Assembly: GCA_002269645.1 (NCBI GenBank)
Contig: NIVC01000344.1
Span: forward strand, 124,001 to 188,000
Reading direction: 5' to 3'
Length of the DNA: 64,000 nt
DNA from: Macrostomum lignano
Lineage: Eukaryota
The translations under genes were made by a program, and so were the position numbers. Of the stretch, positions 12,540 through 24,641 are shown one piece after another. Positions within the stretch are counted from its first letter, which is position 1. Every line of letters begins with the position of its first letter. Below the pieces are notes generated by a model. The model was given only the letters and a program-made list of their open reading frames with translations, was not told the DNA's origin and did no database searches.

Positions 12540-12748
12540 AGTCCGCGTTCAGTCCTGTTGCTCGTTAGAAATCCTTGGATTAGAAGGCTACGGCGTCATG
12601 CATCGCCTTCATCAGTCCAGAGAGGCTGGGAGGGTTGGTGCAGAATCTGGAGGCTGGCTATAAACCCCTGCCCCCCACACGATCAGCACCGATCCAGAGG
12701 CAGCCATCCAATAAGCTACTATAAGTAGCCTGCACAGATTTTTGTCAC

Positions 12749-12898
12749 CTTCAGTCCGCGCTTAGCCACCCAGGAGTCCGGCGGGAAATCGTTTAGAAAC
12801 GGTATCAGAAACTGGAAGCAGGCGTTCCAGTGTCCCAGCAGCATCATAATCAGCACCAGCTTGATGATGCCGAAGCATTTGCTGGCTATTTGAAAAAA
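12749..12898 (-). CDS. HCN: HCN alternative S5 exon A
   Basis: FFQIASKCFGIIKLVLIMMLLGHWNACFQFLIPFLNDFPPDSWVAKRGLK; 150 nt, phase 0-0; ctttcag / GTGACA. Confidence 0.88.
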
Positions 12899-13475
12899 CT
12901 GAAAGCGTAACGCGAGGCAAAAGAAGACGGATAAGTCCTCGGGGAGTGGCGGAGCTCATGTCTGCTGCAGTGTGTCGCTGGTTGCCTCTAACCAATATTA
13001 GCTGTCAAGGGGGCTGTGAATGCTGGAGCAGTCTGTGGCGGCAGTTGACCCGGCAAAGAGGCAAACAGTCGCTCACGTTCCGCACTGACACCTGAGCACC
13101 CACATGGATATGTAAGCAGGCTCCCACTCACTCAAATCACTTAGGTCTGTTCCTTGTGGGACATAGTAAGTACATGACGTATTCAATACTACTTTTGAGC
13201 TAGATTTTTTGCCTAATATCTGCGAAGCAAATCTTTAAATAAATTTAGATACAGAGTTTTAGATAAAAAACGGTTTTTTAAATCAATGTGTCCTCAAACA
13301 TTTTCCGCGACTTGCGAGTCCTTTTTAACTATGCTGTAACTTACATTTGAAAATTGATAGAAATCATAATGACAAATTCGATTCATTGGTAAAATACAAT
13401 CCAATAGGTGAATGGCGTACTCGTACATATTCGACTAAATAAACTCTTCATAGAAATTATAAATAAAAAACTCAC

Positions 13476-13573
13476 TTCCTCCCATTGGCTGACGTAGCGG
13501 ACCAATCGGGAGAGTCGAAGCAGCCGCAGCAGACTGAGCAGCTTCGCTAGACGCAGGATTCTCAGGGCTCGAC
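13476..13573 (-). CDS. HCN: HCN exon: S4 voltage sensor
   Basis: (G)[32 protein letters not shown]; 98 nt, phase 1 to 0; GTGAGT donor. Confidence 0.95.
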
Positions 13574-13611
13574 CTTTTTAATGAAGTGAAGAAAGCATTT
13601 TTTAGCTGGAG

Positions 13612-14385
13612 CCCCCTGATTGGCTGCGCTGGGTAGAGAATGACACTGGGGTATAGGTTTGTCAGTTTTCCTCTGATTGGCTGGACTGGGGCAGAGAATG
13701 ACACTGGGGTATTGGTTGTCAGTTAGCCTCCGATTGGCTGGGCTGGGGCAGAGAATGACACTGGGGTATTGGGTTGTCAGTTAGCCTCCGATTGGCTGGG
13801 CTGGGGCAGAGAATGACACTGGGGTATTGGGTTGTCAGTTTTCCTCTGATTGGCTGGACTGGGGCAGAGAATGACACTGGGGTATTGGGTTGTCAGTTAG
13901 CCTCCGATTGGCTCGACAGGGGCAGAGAATGACACTGGGGTATTGGGTTGTCAGTTAGCCTCCGATTGGCTGGGCTGGGGCAGAGAATGACACTGGGGTA
14001 TTGGGTTGTCAGTTAGCCTCCGATTGGCTGGACTGGGGCAGAGAATGACACTGGGGTATTGGGTTGTCAGTTAGCCTCCGATTGGCTGGGCTGGGGCAGA
14101 GAATGACACTGGGGTATTGGGTTGTCAGTTAGCCTCTGATTGGCTGGGCTGGGGCAGAGAATGACACTGGGGTATTGGGTTGTCAGTTAGCCTCCGATTG
14201 GCTGGACAGGGGCAGAGAATGACACTGGGGTATTGGGTTGTCAGTTAGCCTCTGATTGGCTGGACGGGGGCAGAGAATGACACTGGGGTATTGGGTTGTC
14301 AGTTAGCCTCCGATTGGCTGGACAGGGGCAGAGAATGACACTGGGGTATTGGGTTGTCAGTTAGCCTCTGATTAGCTGCTCTCTA
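13612..14385. repeat. 59-bp minisatellite filling an HCN intron
   Basis: About 13 units of GGCAGAGAATGACACTGGGGTATTGGGTTGTCAGTTAGCCTCCGATTGGCTGGGCTGGG. Confidence 0.92.
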
Positions 14386-14437
14386 GTAAATTAGTTGTCA
14401 TTCATATAAAATGTTAATCAATTTCAGGTTTTTTTAC

Positions 14438-14605
14438 CTGCGTGCATCAGTTGGCTCATATTGTTCCGCTGGTTCAGCACCAGGAAAATATAGTCCATGG
14501 GAATGGACGAGATTAGGTCGAGGAAGAACCAGGACTTCATGTAGTGCTGGGCGATCATTTTCGGATCAAGTACAATCTCCTCCGCAAAATCGTTAGTGAT
14601 GACGC
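14438..14605 (-). CDS. HCN: HCN exon: S2-S3 loop and S3
   Basis: (G)VITNDFAEEIVLDPKMIAQHYMKSWFFLDLISSIPMDYIFL; 168 nt, phase 1-1. Confidence 0.95.
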
Positions 14606-15414
14606 CTGCAGAACAGCGGAGGAGAAGAGTGGAGAGGAGAGTTGATGGAGGGTTGCAGCTGAGGGCTGATTGGTGTCTTGAGTGGGGGCGGGCATAACAC
14701 AAGCTGAGAGGTCGATGGGTCAACTGAAGCGCGAAGTAGCTATTGGAGGGCTATAGAAAAGTGCTCTCGACATAAGGGCCGAGTTGAGTAGGTGCTCGAC
14801 TGCATCATTCGCTTTACTCAGTTCTGTTAGTGAGGCTGTGCTGAAGGTATTAAAACCCAGTGATAACATTTATCACTGTCCTTTAATGTACGTATGATAT
14901 AACATTTGCATAGAATCCTAATTTGCTGAACAAAAAGCTAAATGAATATCAATAGAGCTATATAGGAAAGTCAAGTCATATCAAAAGATGAAAATTAGGT
15001 CTGCCTCCTATCGAAAGCAATAAAAGTTTTTGTGCTGAAAAATGAAAATCTCCATTCTCTGTAATGTATATTTTTGGTAAAGCCATTCTGCTAATTTTTC
15101 CAAGAAAATTAGTGTGCCGTCCTTCTACTTGAGTAGTCTTTGGAACGTATATTTACGAGCCTATCATAATCGACGATGCATTTAGTATGCTCCTGGGATC
15201 TGTTGCGAAGGCGTTTACAAAAGAAGGAGTAAACCAGAAAATGTGCTCTAAACTTTGAAAGCAACCCCAGCCAATCGGAGCCCGTCTGCCTTTTTTACCC
15301 TCGGAACATAAAACTCTTTCCCTTCCTAGCCAATCAGCGCTGGCCAAATTCTCCGCCGTCCCTAGCCCAACACCCCTTTTTCTCTCCCTCAGCCAATAGA
15401 AGAAATGGCCTCAC

Positions 15415-15578
15415 CAGTCCGAAAGTTGACGGCAATATCGCTGAGGAAAATAGTGTCTGACACGCAATTGAAAATGATCCATTGCGGGCTGAGGTCATCG
15501 TTGAAAAATGAGATGGCCACGGGCAGCACAACCAGGTTGGTGATTAGCAGCACCAGCATTAGCAAGTCCCAATAGAAT
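15415..15578 (-). CDS. HCN: HCN exon: S1-S2
   Basis: (R)FYWDLLMLVLLITNLVVLPVAISFFNDDLSPQWIIFNCVSDTIFLSDIAVNFRT(G); 164 nt, phase 2 to 1. Confidence 0.95.
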
Positions 15579-15885
15579 CTGCAATATAAAAGGAATTAGT
15601 AGTGAGCTCACCGGGATTAACCCTAAGGGCACGGAGTGTGTCGTGCCCTTATCTGTGTACACATGTCAAAAGTAAAAAGTATGTCAGCAGAAAGGGTCTT
15701 CACTAGAAACTCCCTATTAGCTAAACCTATACTGTAAATTAGCATTAAAAGAATATACAAAACAGATTTTTAAGCAGTCCATGCCCATTCCGCTGACGCC
15801 TGAGCACCCAGAAGGATACGTCAGGGCGGATTGTTTGTTACTCAAAACCTCGGAAGGCAGTTAACAAATGGTCGAATTTCGAATA

Positions 15886-16432
15886 TAGGGATCTCAGCAT
15901 CTATGGGATTCAGGATGGGGATCTCAGCATCTATGGGATTCAGGATGGGGATCTCAGCATCTATGGGATTCTGGATGGGGGTCTCAGCGTCTATGGGACT
16001 CGGGATAGGGATCTCAGCATCTATGGGACTCGGGATAGGGATCTCAGCATCTATGGGACTCGGGATAGGGATCTCAGCATCTATGGGACTCGAGATGGGG
16101 ATCTCAGCATCTATGGAACTCGAGATAGGGATCTCAGCATCTGATGGACTAGGGATTTGTGATGGAGATCTCAGAACCGATGAGATTCAGGATGGGAATC
16201 TCAGAACCGATGAGATTCAGGATGGGGATCTCAGCATCTATGGGATTCTGAATGGGGGTCTCAGCGTCTATGGGACTCGGGATGGGGATCTCAGCATCTA
16301 TGGGACTCGAGATGGGGATCTCAGCATCTATGGGACTCGAGATGGGGATCTCAGCATCTGATGGACTAGGGATTTGTGATGGAGATCTCAGAAGCGATGA
16401 GATTCGGGATGGGTATCTCGGCATTTATGAAA
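15886..16432. repeat. 30-bp minisatellite (GGGGATCTCAGCATCTATGGGATTCGGGAT), block 1
   Basis: Tandem units with diverged variants. Confidence 0.9.
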
Positions 16433-17034
16433 TTTGAAATATCCGGATTCGAATATTTTTCATTTATCATACGAGCATAGTTTTGACTGCTGGATGAAGA
16501 CAGGGCAGCGGTGATTTGCCGGCTTTCCAAGGGCTAAAATTGATACTTCGATGAAATCGATTCTTCGGCGTGACGAGCTGGGGAATGAGGGCGGGAAGAG
16601 ACCGGGGCGGGCACACGGAGAAAAACATTCCTAAGGATTTAGCGGGAATGAGTTGGCCGAAAGCCCGACTGTGCGCACTTGTTGTCCACTGCACCTCTCT
16701 GAGCCTCCAACTCTCTCGTCATTAAGGCAGAGGAGAAAACCAACTGGTCGATCACTCGGAGCTCCAACACTGCTCTGAGCTCAACCCCTCTCCCCAGTCC
16801 TGTTTCACGAATTCTGTTCGTCTGCTTCCATTTTCTTCCATTGCTGATTGCTGGGCCGGCCTGAGCCGATGCCGGTGCACGGGCCGTCCTCAAATGAGGC
16901 GAATGGGTTGGCGTTTAACGAGCCGCTTGAAGCAGCAATTTTTCTCTCTCTCTCTTTTCGATCGTTTAAACGCAATTCGCTTTGATTTGCATAAGATTTA
17001 GAGGGGGGACACTTTGGGGCTGAGGGTTTTAGAA

Positions 17035-18425
17035 TTGGGATCTCAGCATTTTGGTGAATCTGGGGGCACTGGAGATCTAGGATGGGGATCTCGGCATCTG
17101 TGGGATTCTGGATGGGGATCTCAGCATCTGTGGGATTCTGGATGGGGACCTCAGCAACTATGGGACTTTCAAGGGGGTTCTCAGCATCTATGGGACTCTG
17201 AAGGGGGGTCTCAGCATCTATATGGGACTCCGAAGAGGGGTCTCAGCATCTATGGGATTCTGGATGGGGATCTCAGCATCTTATGGGATTTTGGATGGGG
17301 ATCTCAGCATCTGTGGGATTCTGGATGAGGATCTCAGCATCTGTGGGATTTTGGATGGGGATCTTAGCATCTTTGGGACTCGGGATGGGGATCTCAGCAT
17401 CTTATGGGATTTTGGATGGGGATCTCAGCATCTGTGGGATTCTGGATGAGGATCTCAGCATCTGTGGGATTTTGGATGGGGATCTTAGCATCTTTGGGAC
17501 TCGGGATGGGGATCTCAGCATCTTATGGGATTTTGGATGGGGATCTCAGCATTTTATTAGATTTTTGATGGGGATCTCAGCATCTGTGGGATTTTGGATG
17601 GGGATCTTAGCATCTTTGGGACTCGGGATGGGGATCTCAGCATCTATGGGATTCGGGATGGGGATCTCAGCATCTGTGGGATTCTGGATGAGGATCTCAG
17701 CATCTGTGGGATTTTGGATGGGGATCTTAGCATCTTTGGGACTCGGGATGGGGATCTCAGCATCTATGGGATTTTGGATGGGGATCTCAGCATCTGTGGG
17801 ATTCTGGATGAGGATCTCAGCATCTGTGGGATTTTGGATGGGGATCTTAGCATCTTTGGGACTCGGGATGGGGATCTCAGCATCTATGGGATTCGGGATG
17901 GGGATCTCAGCATCTGTGGGATTCTGGATGAGGATCTCAGCATCTGTGGGATTTTGGATGGGGATCTTAGCATCTTTGGGACTCGGGATGGGGATCTCAG
18001 CATCTTATGGGATTTTGGATGGGGATCTCAGCATCTATGGGATTCGGGATGGGGATCTCAGCATCTGTGGGATTCTGGATGAGGATCTCAGCATCTGTGG
18101 GATTTTGGATGGGGATCTTAGCATCTTTGGGACTCGGGATGGGGATCTCAGCATCTTATGGGATTTTGGATGGGGATCTCAGCATCTGTGGGATTCTGGA
18201 TGAGGATCTCAGCATCTGTGGGATTTTGGATGGGGATCTTAGCATCTTTGGGACTCGGGATGGGGATCTCAGCATCTGTGGGATTCTGGATGAGGATCTC
18301 AGCATCTGTGGGATTTTGGATGGGGATCTTAGCATCTTTGGGACTCGGGATGGGGATCTCAGCATCTATGGGATTCGGGATGGGGATCTCAGCATCTATG
18401 GGATTCGGGATGGGGATCTCAGTAT
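17035..18425. repeat. 30-bp minisatellite, block 2, with 3-4-unit higher-order repeat
   Basis: About 46 units; explains the overlapping low-complexity ORFs. Confidence 0.92.
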
Positions 18426-19167
18426 CTTTTATTTTTTATCTTATCTAACTAATCTTTTTGTAAATTATGAATCGGATCTTTGTTAAAATTAAGCGTCATG
18501 TTCTGTTAGAAGTCATACTACGTTAGACACTTATAAACCAACCGGCACACACTTAGCCTTGTTAAGTTGTCGAGTGCCGGAGCCTGCATAAATATTCCTC
18601 CCAATTCACCATCAGGCGCCAATCAAAATTTGGCAGGGAATAAAAACCATTTAGAGAGAGATTTGGCAGAAAGCAGAGGTGCCGAAGCAACCTTTCACTC
18701 TAATCTGATTAATCCACCAGACTTTTCTCTTGCGGAAGCAGAATCCGCTGACTGGCAATCAGCCAGAGGCAGGCAAGGCTGGCTTCAGACTGAGAAATGA
18801 AAAATGTTGCTGGGGCAGCCCCATCAGTAGCCCCAAGCAATTTCATCAGAAGTGTAAGCGTCATTGGCGGGAACTGGACGGGCAACTTTCGGATATCCTG
18901 CTAGTATGGATCGAACATGGACTGCTTAAGCAGAACTGGACACAGATCCTGAAAATTCCGTTGCACAAGATTCACAAAATATCAACTTCTTATCGTTCGA
19001 GGTGGAGTCACAAGTTTATGAAGTGATCATTTTTTATGAGATGCAAAACTTTTAGCAGTTCCAATCTTTCTTGTGCAGTGTTGGAGATGTTTCTCTACCG
19101 GAGTTGTCTATGGCAAAAATTGATGGAGGTCGGCTGCAACAGTTTTCCTATCTACTTTACTTAGCCA

Positions 19168-19482
19168 GGGGGCTGTAGCCTAGTGGCTAGAGCGTCGGAC
19201 TCAAGATTTGAAGGTCGGGGGTTCGATTCCCGATCCCACTCGAAACAATTTGTGTCCTTGAGCGAGACACAACTCTGCATTGCTTCAGCTCACCCAGCTG
19301 TAAGATGGGTGCCAGCATTGGCTGGGGTAATTGAGGGTGTGTGTGGCGACCCCCCCCCCAGTCCTTGGACTGAACAGCCGTACGCAGCCTTCAGATGCGC
19401 CGCGCAATAGCTGCGGCTGAGCTGTCGGTTGCACATCTGGCCCAATTAGGGCAGGTGTAATCAATTATTATTATTATTATTA
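19168..19482 (+). mobile_element. tRNA-derived CORE-like SINE, copy 2, with target-site duplication
   Basis: A and B boxes, CORE-like segment, (TTA)n tail; TTACTTAGCCA at 19157-19167 and 19480-19490. Confidence 0.92.
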
Positions 19483-19860
19483 CTTAGCCATGGCATTCGG
19501 TCATTTATCTGCGCGCACCGGCCCTCGCTAGGGACTTCTGCAGTGATTAAGCAACCCCCCAACCAGTTGTTTCAAGTCTTCATTCGACCAGGGTTCGTCT
19601 TATAATCCATTTTTCTCTCCGGTTTCTCAACACGCAGTTTCGGGTTTCAACATTTTCTGTTGCTGTTCAAAGCAAAAAAAGGAAGAGGCAGCCAAAAGAC
19701 CCGAGTGTCGGCTTTTCCTCCCTCTTCTCCTCTTCTTCTTCTCCTCCTCATTTCCTGCGCATCTTTTGTGTTTTTTTTCGCGTGGCACAGAAATTGATTG
19801 CCACTACTGCGGTGCACCGGCGCTTTTGTACTTTTATTCCGAGCGGTTCTCTCAGCCTAC

Positions 19861-20710
19861 CTGAAGTTGCTGCACGGGTGGATGATCCATTTGCCGCTCT
19901 GCTGCTGCCGGCGCTTCTCCTTCAGCAGGGCGTTCTTGTTGCCGAACAGCTTCATGGCCAGCTTGTTGTCGGACGGCTGGAAGAAGGCGAAGAACTGCTC
20001 CTTGAGGTAGCTGGACGTGCTCTGCTTCGGGTCCTCCAGCTCGCCGAGTTCGAGATCGTCGCCAACTGCGGTTGCGGATGTTGCTCCTTGCTGCTGCTGC
20101 TGCTGGTCCCTCAGCGGGGAGTCCTCGCCGACTTCGGCCTCGTCGCCAGCCGGTGCCTCCGTTGAGTTGGCAACTCCGCCGCTGCCGCTGCCGCTGCCGC
20201 TCCGGCCGAATTGCCGGCCAGAGCCGAAGCGGCCGAGCTTCATCCGGAGGCTGGGACGCTTCTTGCGCAGCGATTGCTGCTGCTGCTGCTGCTGCTGAGG
20301 CACCGGCTGCTGAATCTGCTGTCCATCAGCCGAAGACATCGGATCGTCCAGACACGAATCCATCGATTTTGACGCCATCTTGCCGTTGTTGCAGTCGGCT
20401 GCGGAGGCGGCGGCGAGTCCATCTGTACCGCCCTCTGCCTGCTGCTGCTGCTGCTGCTGCTGCTGGTCCAGGCTGTGGGTTCGCATCGACTGGAAACTGC
20501 CTCGTCTGTGCCCGGCTGAACTCGGAGGCGGTGGCAGCGGCGGCGGTGGCAGCGGCGGCGGGGCCGGCTGTTGTAGCAGCGGCTGCGGCTGCCTCGCTGA
20601 CCGCCTCCCCTGCTGCTGGCCAATGAAGCCGGCCTGCAGCCGCTCGCCCATCCCCAGGTCGTCCACTGGCAGCGAGTCGCTCCGGTCCAACAGGGAAGGC
20701 GACTCCGTGC
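19861..20710 (-). CDS. HCN: HCN exon: low-complexity N-terminus and HCN domain
   Basis: Poly-Q/P/G tracts then KEQFFAFFQPSDNKLAMKLFGNKNALLKEKRRQQQSGKWIIHPCSNFR; pyrimidine-rich acceptor at 20711-20712; donor GTAGGC; first in-exon ATG at 20651. Confidence 0.92.
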
Positions 20711-21144
20711 CTGAGCAGGGGTGAGAACGGGGGGGGGCAAGCGTGAGAGGAGGTGAATCTTCCAACTGCCCAATCTTATCTTTACTTTGACACTTTTCAT
20801 CTGCCCGACCCACCCCCGCTAACAAGCCGCTGCCGCTCACACCGCCGATCAAGTACCACGTCTCATCTCTCTCTCATTGCCTTCCTCTATCAAGGAAAGA
20901 AGTGCAAATCCTTAATGAACTTGGGCATAGTAATGCTTTATACTATAGTAGGCTAGGATAAGTCCTTATTAGTGGTAGACTTTTTGCAAAATTTCGGACC
21001 TGGGGAATTACTTTAAAATTACTTCATTTCCCGCGTGTTCAATATATGGCTTTAATTTTCTTCTTTTCCTCTTTCTCATCATTGGTCACTCCTTAAGGGC
21101 TCTCTTCCTTTCTTTAACTCTTTTTCCCGGCTGTCGGATGGCAC

Positions 21145-24105
21145 TCTTGCATCTCTTTTTGTCTCTCTCGTGTCCTTTTTTGCCTTTCTCTCGTGTCCTT
21201 CCCTGCCTCTCTCTCGTGTCCTTTTTGCCTCTCTCTCGTGTCCTTCCCTGCCTCTCTCTCGTGTCCTTTTTTGCCTCTCTCTCGTGTCCTTTTTTGCCTC
21301 TCTCTCGTGTCCTTTTTTGCCTCTCTCTCGTGTCCTTCCTTGCCTTTCTCTCTCGTGTCCTTCCCTGCCTCTCTCTCGTGTCCTTTTTTGCCTCTCTCTC
21401 GTGTCCTTCCCCTGCCTCTCTCTCGTGTCCTTCCCCTGCCTCTCTCTCGTGTCCTTCCCTTGCCTCTCTCTCGTGTCCTTCCCTGCTTTTCTCTCTCGTG
21501 TCCTTCCCCTGCCTCTCTCTCTCGTGTCCTTTTTTGCCTCTCTCTCGTGTCCTTCCTTGCCTTTCTCTCTCGTGTCCTTCCCTGCCTCTCTCTCTCGTGT
21601 CCTTTTTTGCCTCTCTCTCGTGTCCTTCCCCTGCCTCTCTCTCGTGTCCTTCCCCTGCCTCTCTCTCGTGTCCTTCCCTTGCCTCTCTCTCGTGTCCTTC
21701 CCTGCTTTTCTCTCTCGTGTCCTTTTTTGCCTCTCTCTCGTGTCCTTCCCCTGCCTTTCTCTTGTGTCCTTCCCCTGCCTCTCCCTCGTGTCCTTCCCCT
21801 GCCTCTCCCTCGTGTCCTTCCCCTGCCTCTCTCTCGTGTCCTTTTTTGCCTCTCTCTCGTGTCCTTCCCCTGCCTCTCTCTCGTGTCCTTCCCCTGCCTC
21901 TCTCTCGTGTCCTTCCCTTGCCTCTCTCTCGTGTCCTTCCCTGCTTTTCTCTCTCGTGTCCTTCCCCTGCCTCTCTCTCGTGTCCTTTTTTGCCTCTCTC
22001 TCGTGTCCTTCCTTGCCTTTCTCTCTCGTGTCCTTCCCTGCCTCTCTCTCGTGTCCTTTTTGCCTCTCTCTCGTGTCCTTCCTTGCCTTTCTCTCTCGTG
22101 TCCTTCCCCTGCCTCTCTCTCGTGTCCTTCCCTTGCCTCTCTCTCGTGTCCTTCCCTGCTTTTCTCTCTCGTGTCCTTTTTTGCCTCTCTCTCGTGTCCT
22201 TCCCCTGCCTTTCTCTTGTGTCCTTCCCCTGCCTCTCCCTCGTGTCCTTCCCCTGCCTCTCCCTCGTGTCCTTCCCCTGCCTCTCCCTCGTGTCCTTCCC
22301 CTGCCTCTCCCTCGTGTCCTTCCCCTGCCTCTCCCTCGTGTCCTTCCCTGCCTCTCCCTCGTGTCCTTCCCCTGCCTCTCCCTCGTGTCCTTCCCCTGCC
22401 TCTCTCTCGTGTCCTTCCCCTGCCTCTCCCTCGTGTCCTTCCCCTACCTCTCCCTCGTGTCCTTCCCCTGCCTCTCTCTCGTGTCCTTTTTTGCCTTTCT
22501 CTCGTGTCCTTCCCTGCCTCTCTCTCGTGTCCTTTTTTGCCTCTCTCTCGTGTCCTTTTTTGCCTCTCTCTCGTGTCCTTTTTTGCCTCTCTCTCGTGTC
22601 CTTTTTTGCCTCTCTCTCGTGTCCTTTTTTGCCTCTCTCTCGTGTCCTTCCTTGCCTTTCTCTCTCGTGTCCTTCCCTGCCTCTCTCTCGTGTCCTTTTT
22701 TTCCTCTCTCTCGTGTCCTTCCCTTGCCTCTCTCTCGTGTCCTTCCCTGCTTTTCTCTCTCGTGTCCTTCCCCTGCCTCTCTCTCGTGTCCTTTTTTGCC
22801 TCTCTCTCGTGTCCTTCCTTGCCTTTCTCTCTCGTGTCCTTCCCTGCCTCTCTCTCGTGTCCTTTTTTGCCTCTCTCTCGTGTCCTTCCCCTGCCTCTCT
22901 CTCGTGTCCTTTTTTGCCTCTCTCTCGTGTCCTTTTTTGCCTCTCTCTCGTGTCCTTTTTTGCCTCTCTCTCGTGTCCTTTTTTGCCTCTCTCTCGTGTC
23001 CTTTTTTGCCTCTCTCTCGTGTCCTTCCTTGCCTTTCTCTCTCGTGTCCTTCCCTGCCTCTCTCTCGTGTCCTTTTTTTCCTCTCTCTCGTGTCCTTCCC
23101 TTGCCTCTCTCTCGTGTCCTTCCCTGCTTTTCTCTCTCGTGTCCTTCCCCTGCCTCTCTCTCGTGTCCTTTTTTGCCTCTCTCTCGTGTCCTTCCTTGCC
23201 TTTCTCTCTCGTGTCCTTCCCTGCCTCTCTCTCGTGTCCTTTTTTGCCTCTCTCTCGTGTCCTTCCCCTGCCTCTCTCTCGTGTCCTTCCCCTGCCTCTC
23301 TCTCGTGTCCTTCCCTTGCCCCTCTCTCGTGTCCTTCCCTGCTTTTCTCTCTCGTGTCCTTCCCCTGCCTCTCTCTCGTGTCCTTCCCCTGCCTTTCTCT
23401 TGTGTCCTTCCCCTGCCTCTCCCTCGTGTCCTTCCCCTGCCTCTCCTCGTGTCCTTCCCCTGCCTCTCCCTCGTGTCCTTCCCCTGCCTCTCCCTCGTGT
23501 CCTTCCCCTGCCTCTCCCTCGTGTCCTTCCCCTGCCTCTCCCTCGTGTCCTTCCCCTACCTCTCCCTCGTGTCCTTTTTTGCCTTTCTCTCGTGTCCTTC
23601 CCTGCCTCTCTCTCGTGTCCTTTTTGCCTCTCTCTCGTGTCCTTTTTTGCCTCTCTCTCGTGTCCTTTTTTGCCTCTCTCTCGTGTCCTTTTTTGCCTCT
23701 CTCTCGTGTCCTTCCTTGCCTTTCTCTCTCGTGTCCTTCCCTGCCTCTCTCTCGTGTCCTTTTTTTCCTCTCTCTCGTGTCCTTCCCTTGCCTCTCTCTC
23801 GTGTCCTTCCCTGCTTTTCTCTCTCGTGTCCTTCCCCTGCCTCTCTCTCGTGTCCTTCCCCTGCCTTTCTCTTGTGTCCTTCCCCTGCCTCTCCCTCGTG
23901 TCCTTCCCCTGCCTCTCCCTCGTGTCCTTCCCCTGCCTCTCCCTCGTGTCCTTCCCCTGCCTCTCCCTCGTGTCCTTCCCCTGCCTCTCCCTCGTGTCCT
24001 TCCCCTGCCTCTCCCTCGTGTCCTTCCCCTACCTCTCCCTCGTGTCCTTCCCCTGCCTCTCTCTCGCGTCCTTCCCCTGCCTCTCTCTCGCGTCCTTCCT
24101 TCGTG
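21145..24105. repeat. ~23-bp pyrimidine-rich minisatellite (CTCTCTCTCGTGTCCTTCCCCTGC variants), ~3 kb
   Basis: Tandem array; the three ~1000-aa ORFs are repeat artefacts. Confidence 0.95.
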
Positions 24106-24641
24106 CCCATGTCCTTCATTCGCCATACCATCCTATGCCAGCCTCTCAGCTCTAAGAGCTTGCTAGAAAGATTTCGGTTTGCTGGCTAGCTGCAGCCAGC
24201 CTCTGGTGCCTTGACTGCCGTTAGTAATCTTCATACAAATATCCGTTGAATTGCGTCTGTGCAACTTTTTTTTTAGCAATTTCCCCTCTCGCCATTTGCC
24301 ATTTGCCCTCCCCTTCCCCAGCTTCCTTCATCCTGTTTGACCAGTTAGGCTTCCTCATCAGCTCTCAGCTGCGAGTCGCTCCCGTGCCACCCTCAGAGTT
24401 AAAGAAGTGGCTCAAATATGGGAACCCGGATGTCGCTCCCAGCACTGCAGTTGGCTGGCCAGCACAGCTAGTGTGCCAGTTATTCACCGAAGGAGTTTTC
24501 TAAGAAAAATGAAATGGAAGCAATCGAAATTTTGCGCCAGGAGAGTCACGCCAAGCAACATTCATTGGCGTTTAGGGCAAGTCAGGCTTTGAGCTAGAGG
24601 TTATGAGCTGTAAAAAGTGACAAGTAAGCTTAATAATTTCC

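Noticed and set aside
11599-12938. 8-bp complementarity (GGACTTAT at 11599 versus ATAAGTCC at 12931) upstream of exons B and A as a docking/selector pair
   Set aside because: Too short to distinguish from chance and no counterpart near exon C; needs covariation data
13612-14385. Regular repeat arrays as possible CRISPR
   Set aside because: Units are head-to-tail with no unique spacers, there are no cas genes, and the DNA is eukaryotic
21138-24189. Three ~1000-aa ORFs, plus other long low-complexity ORFs at 17283, 24601, 29349, 37109 and 50136
   Set aside because: They are translations of stop-free tandem repeats, open in several frames, with no domain content
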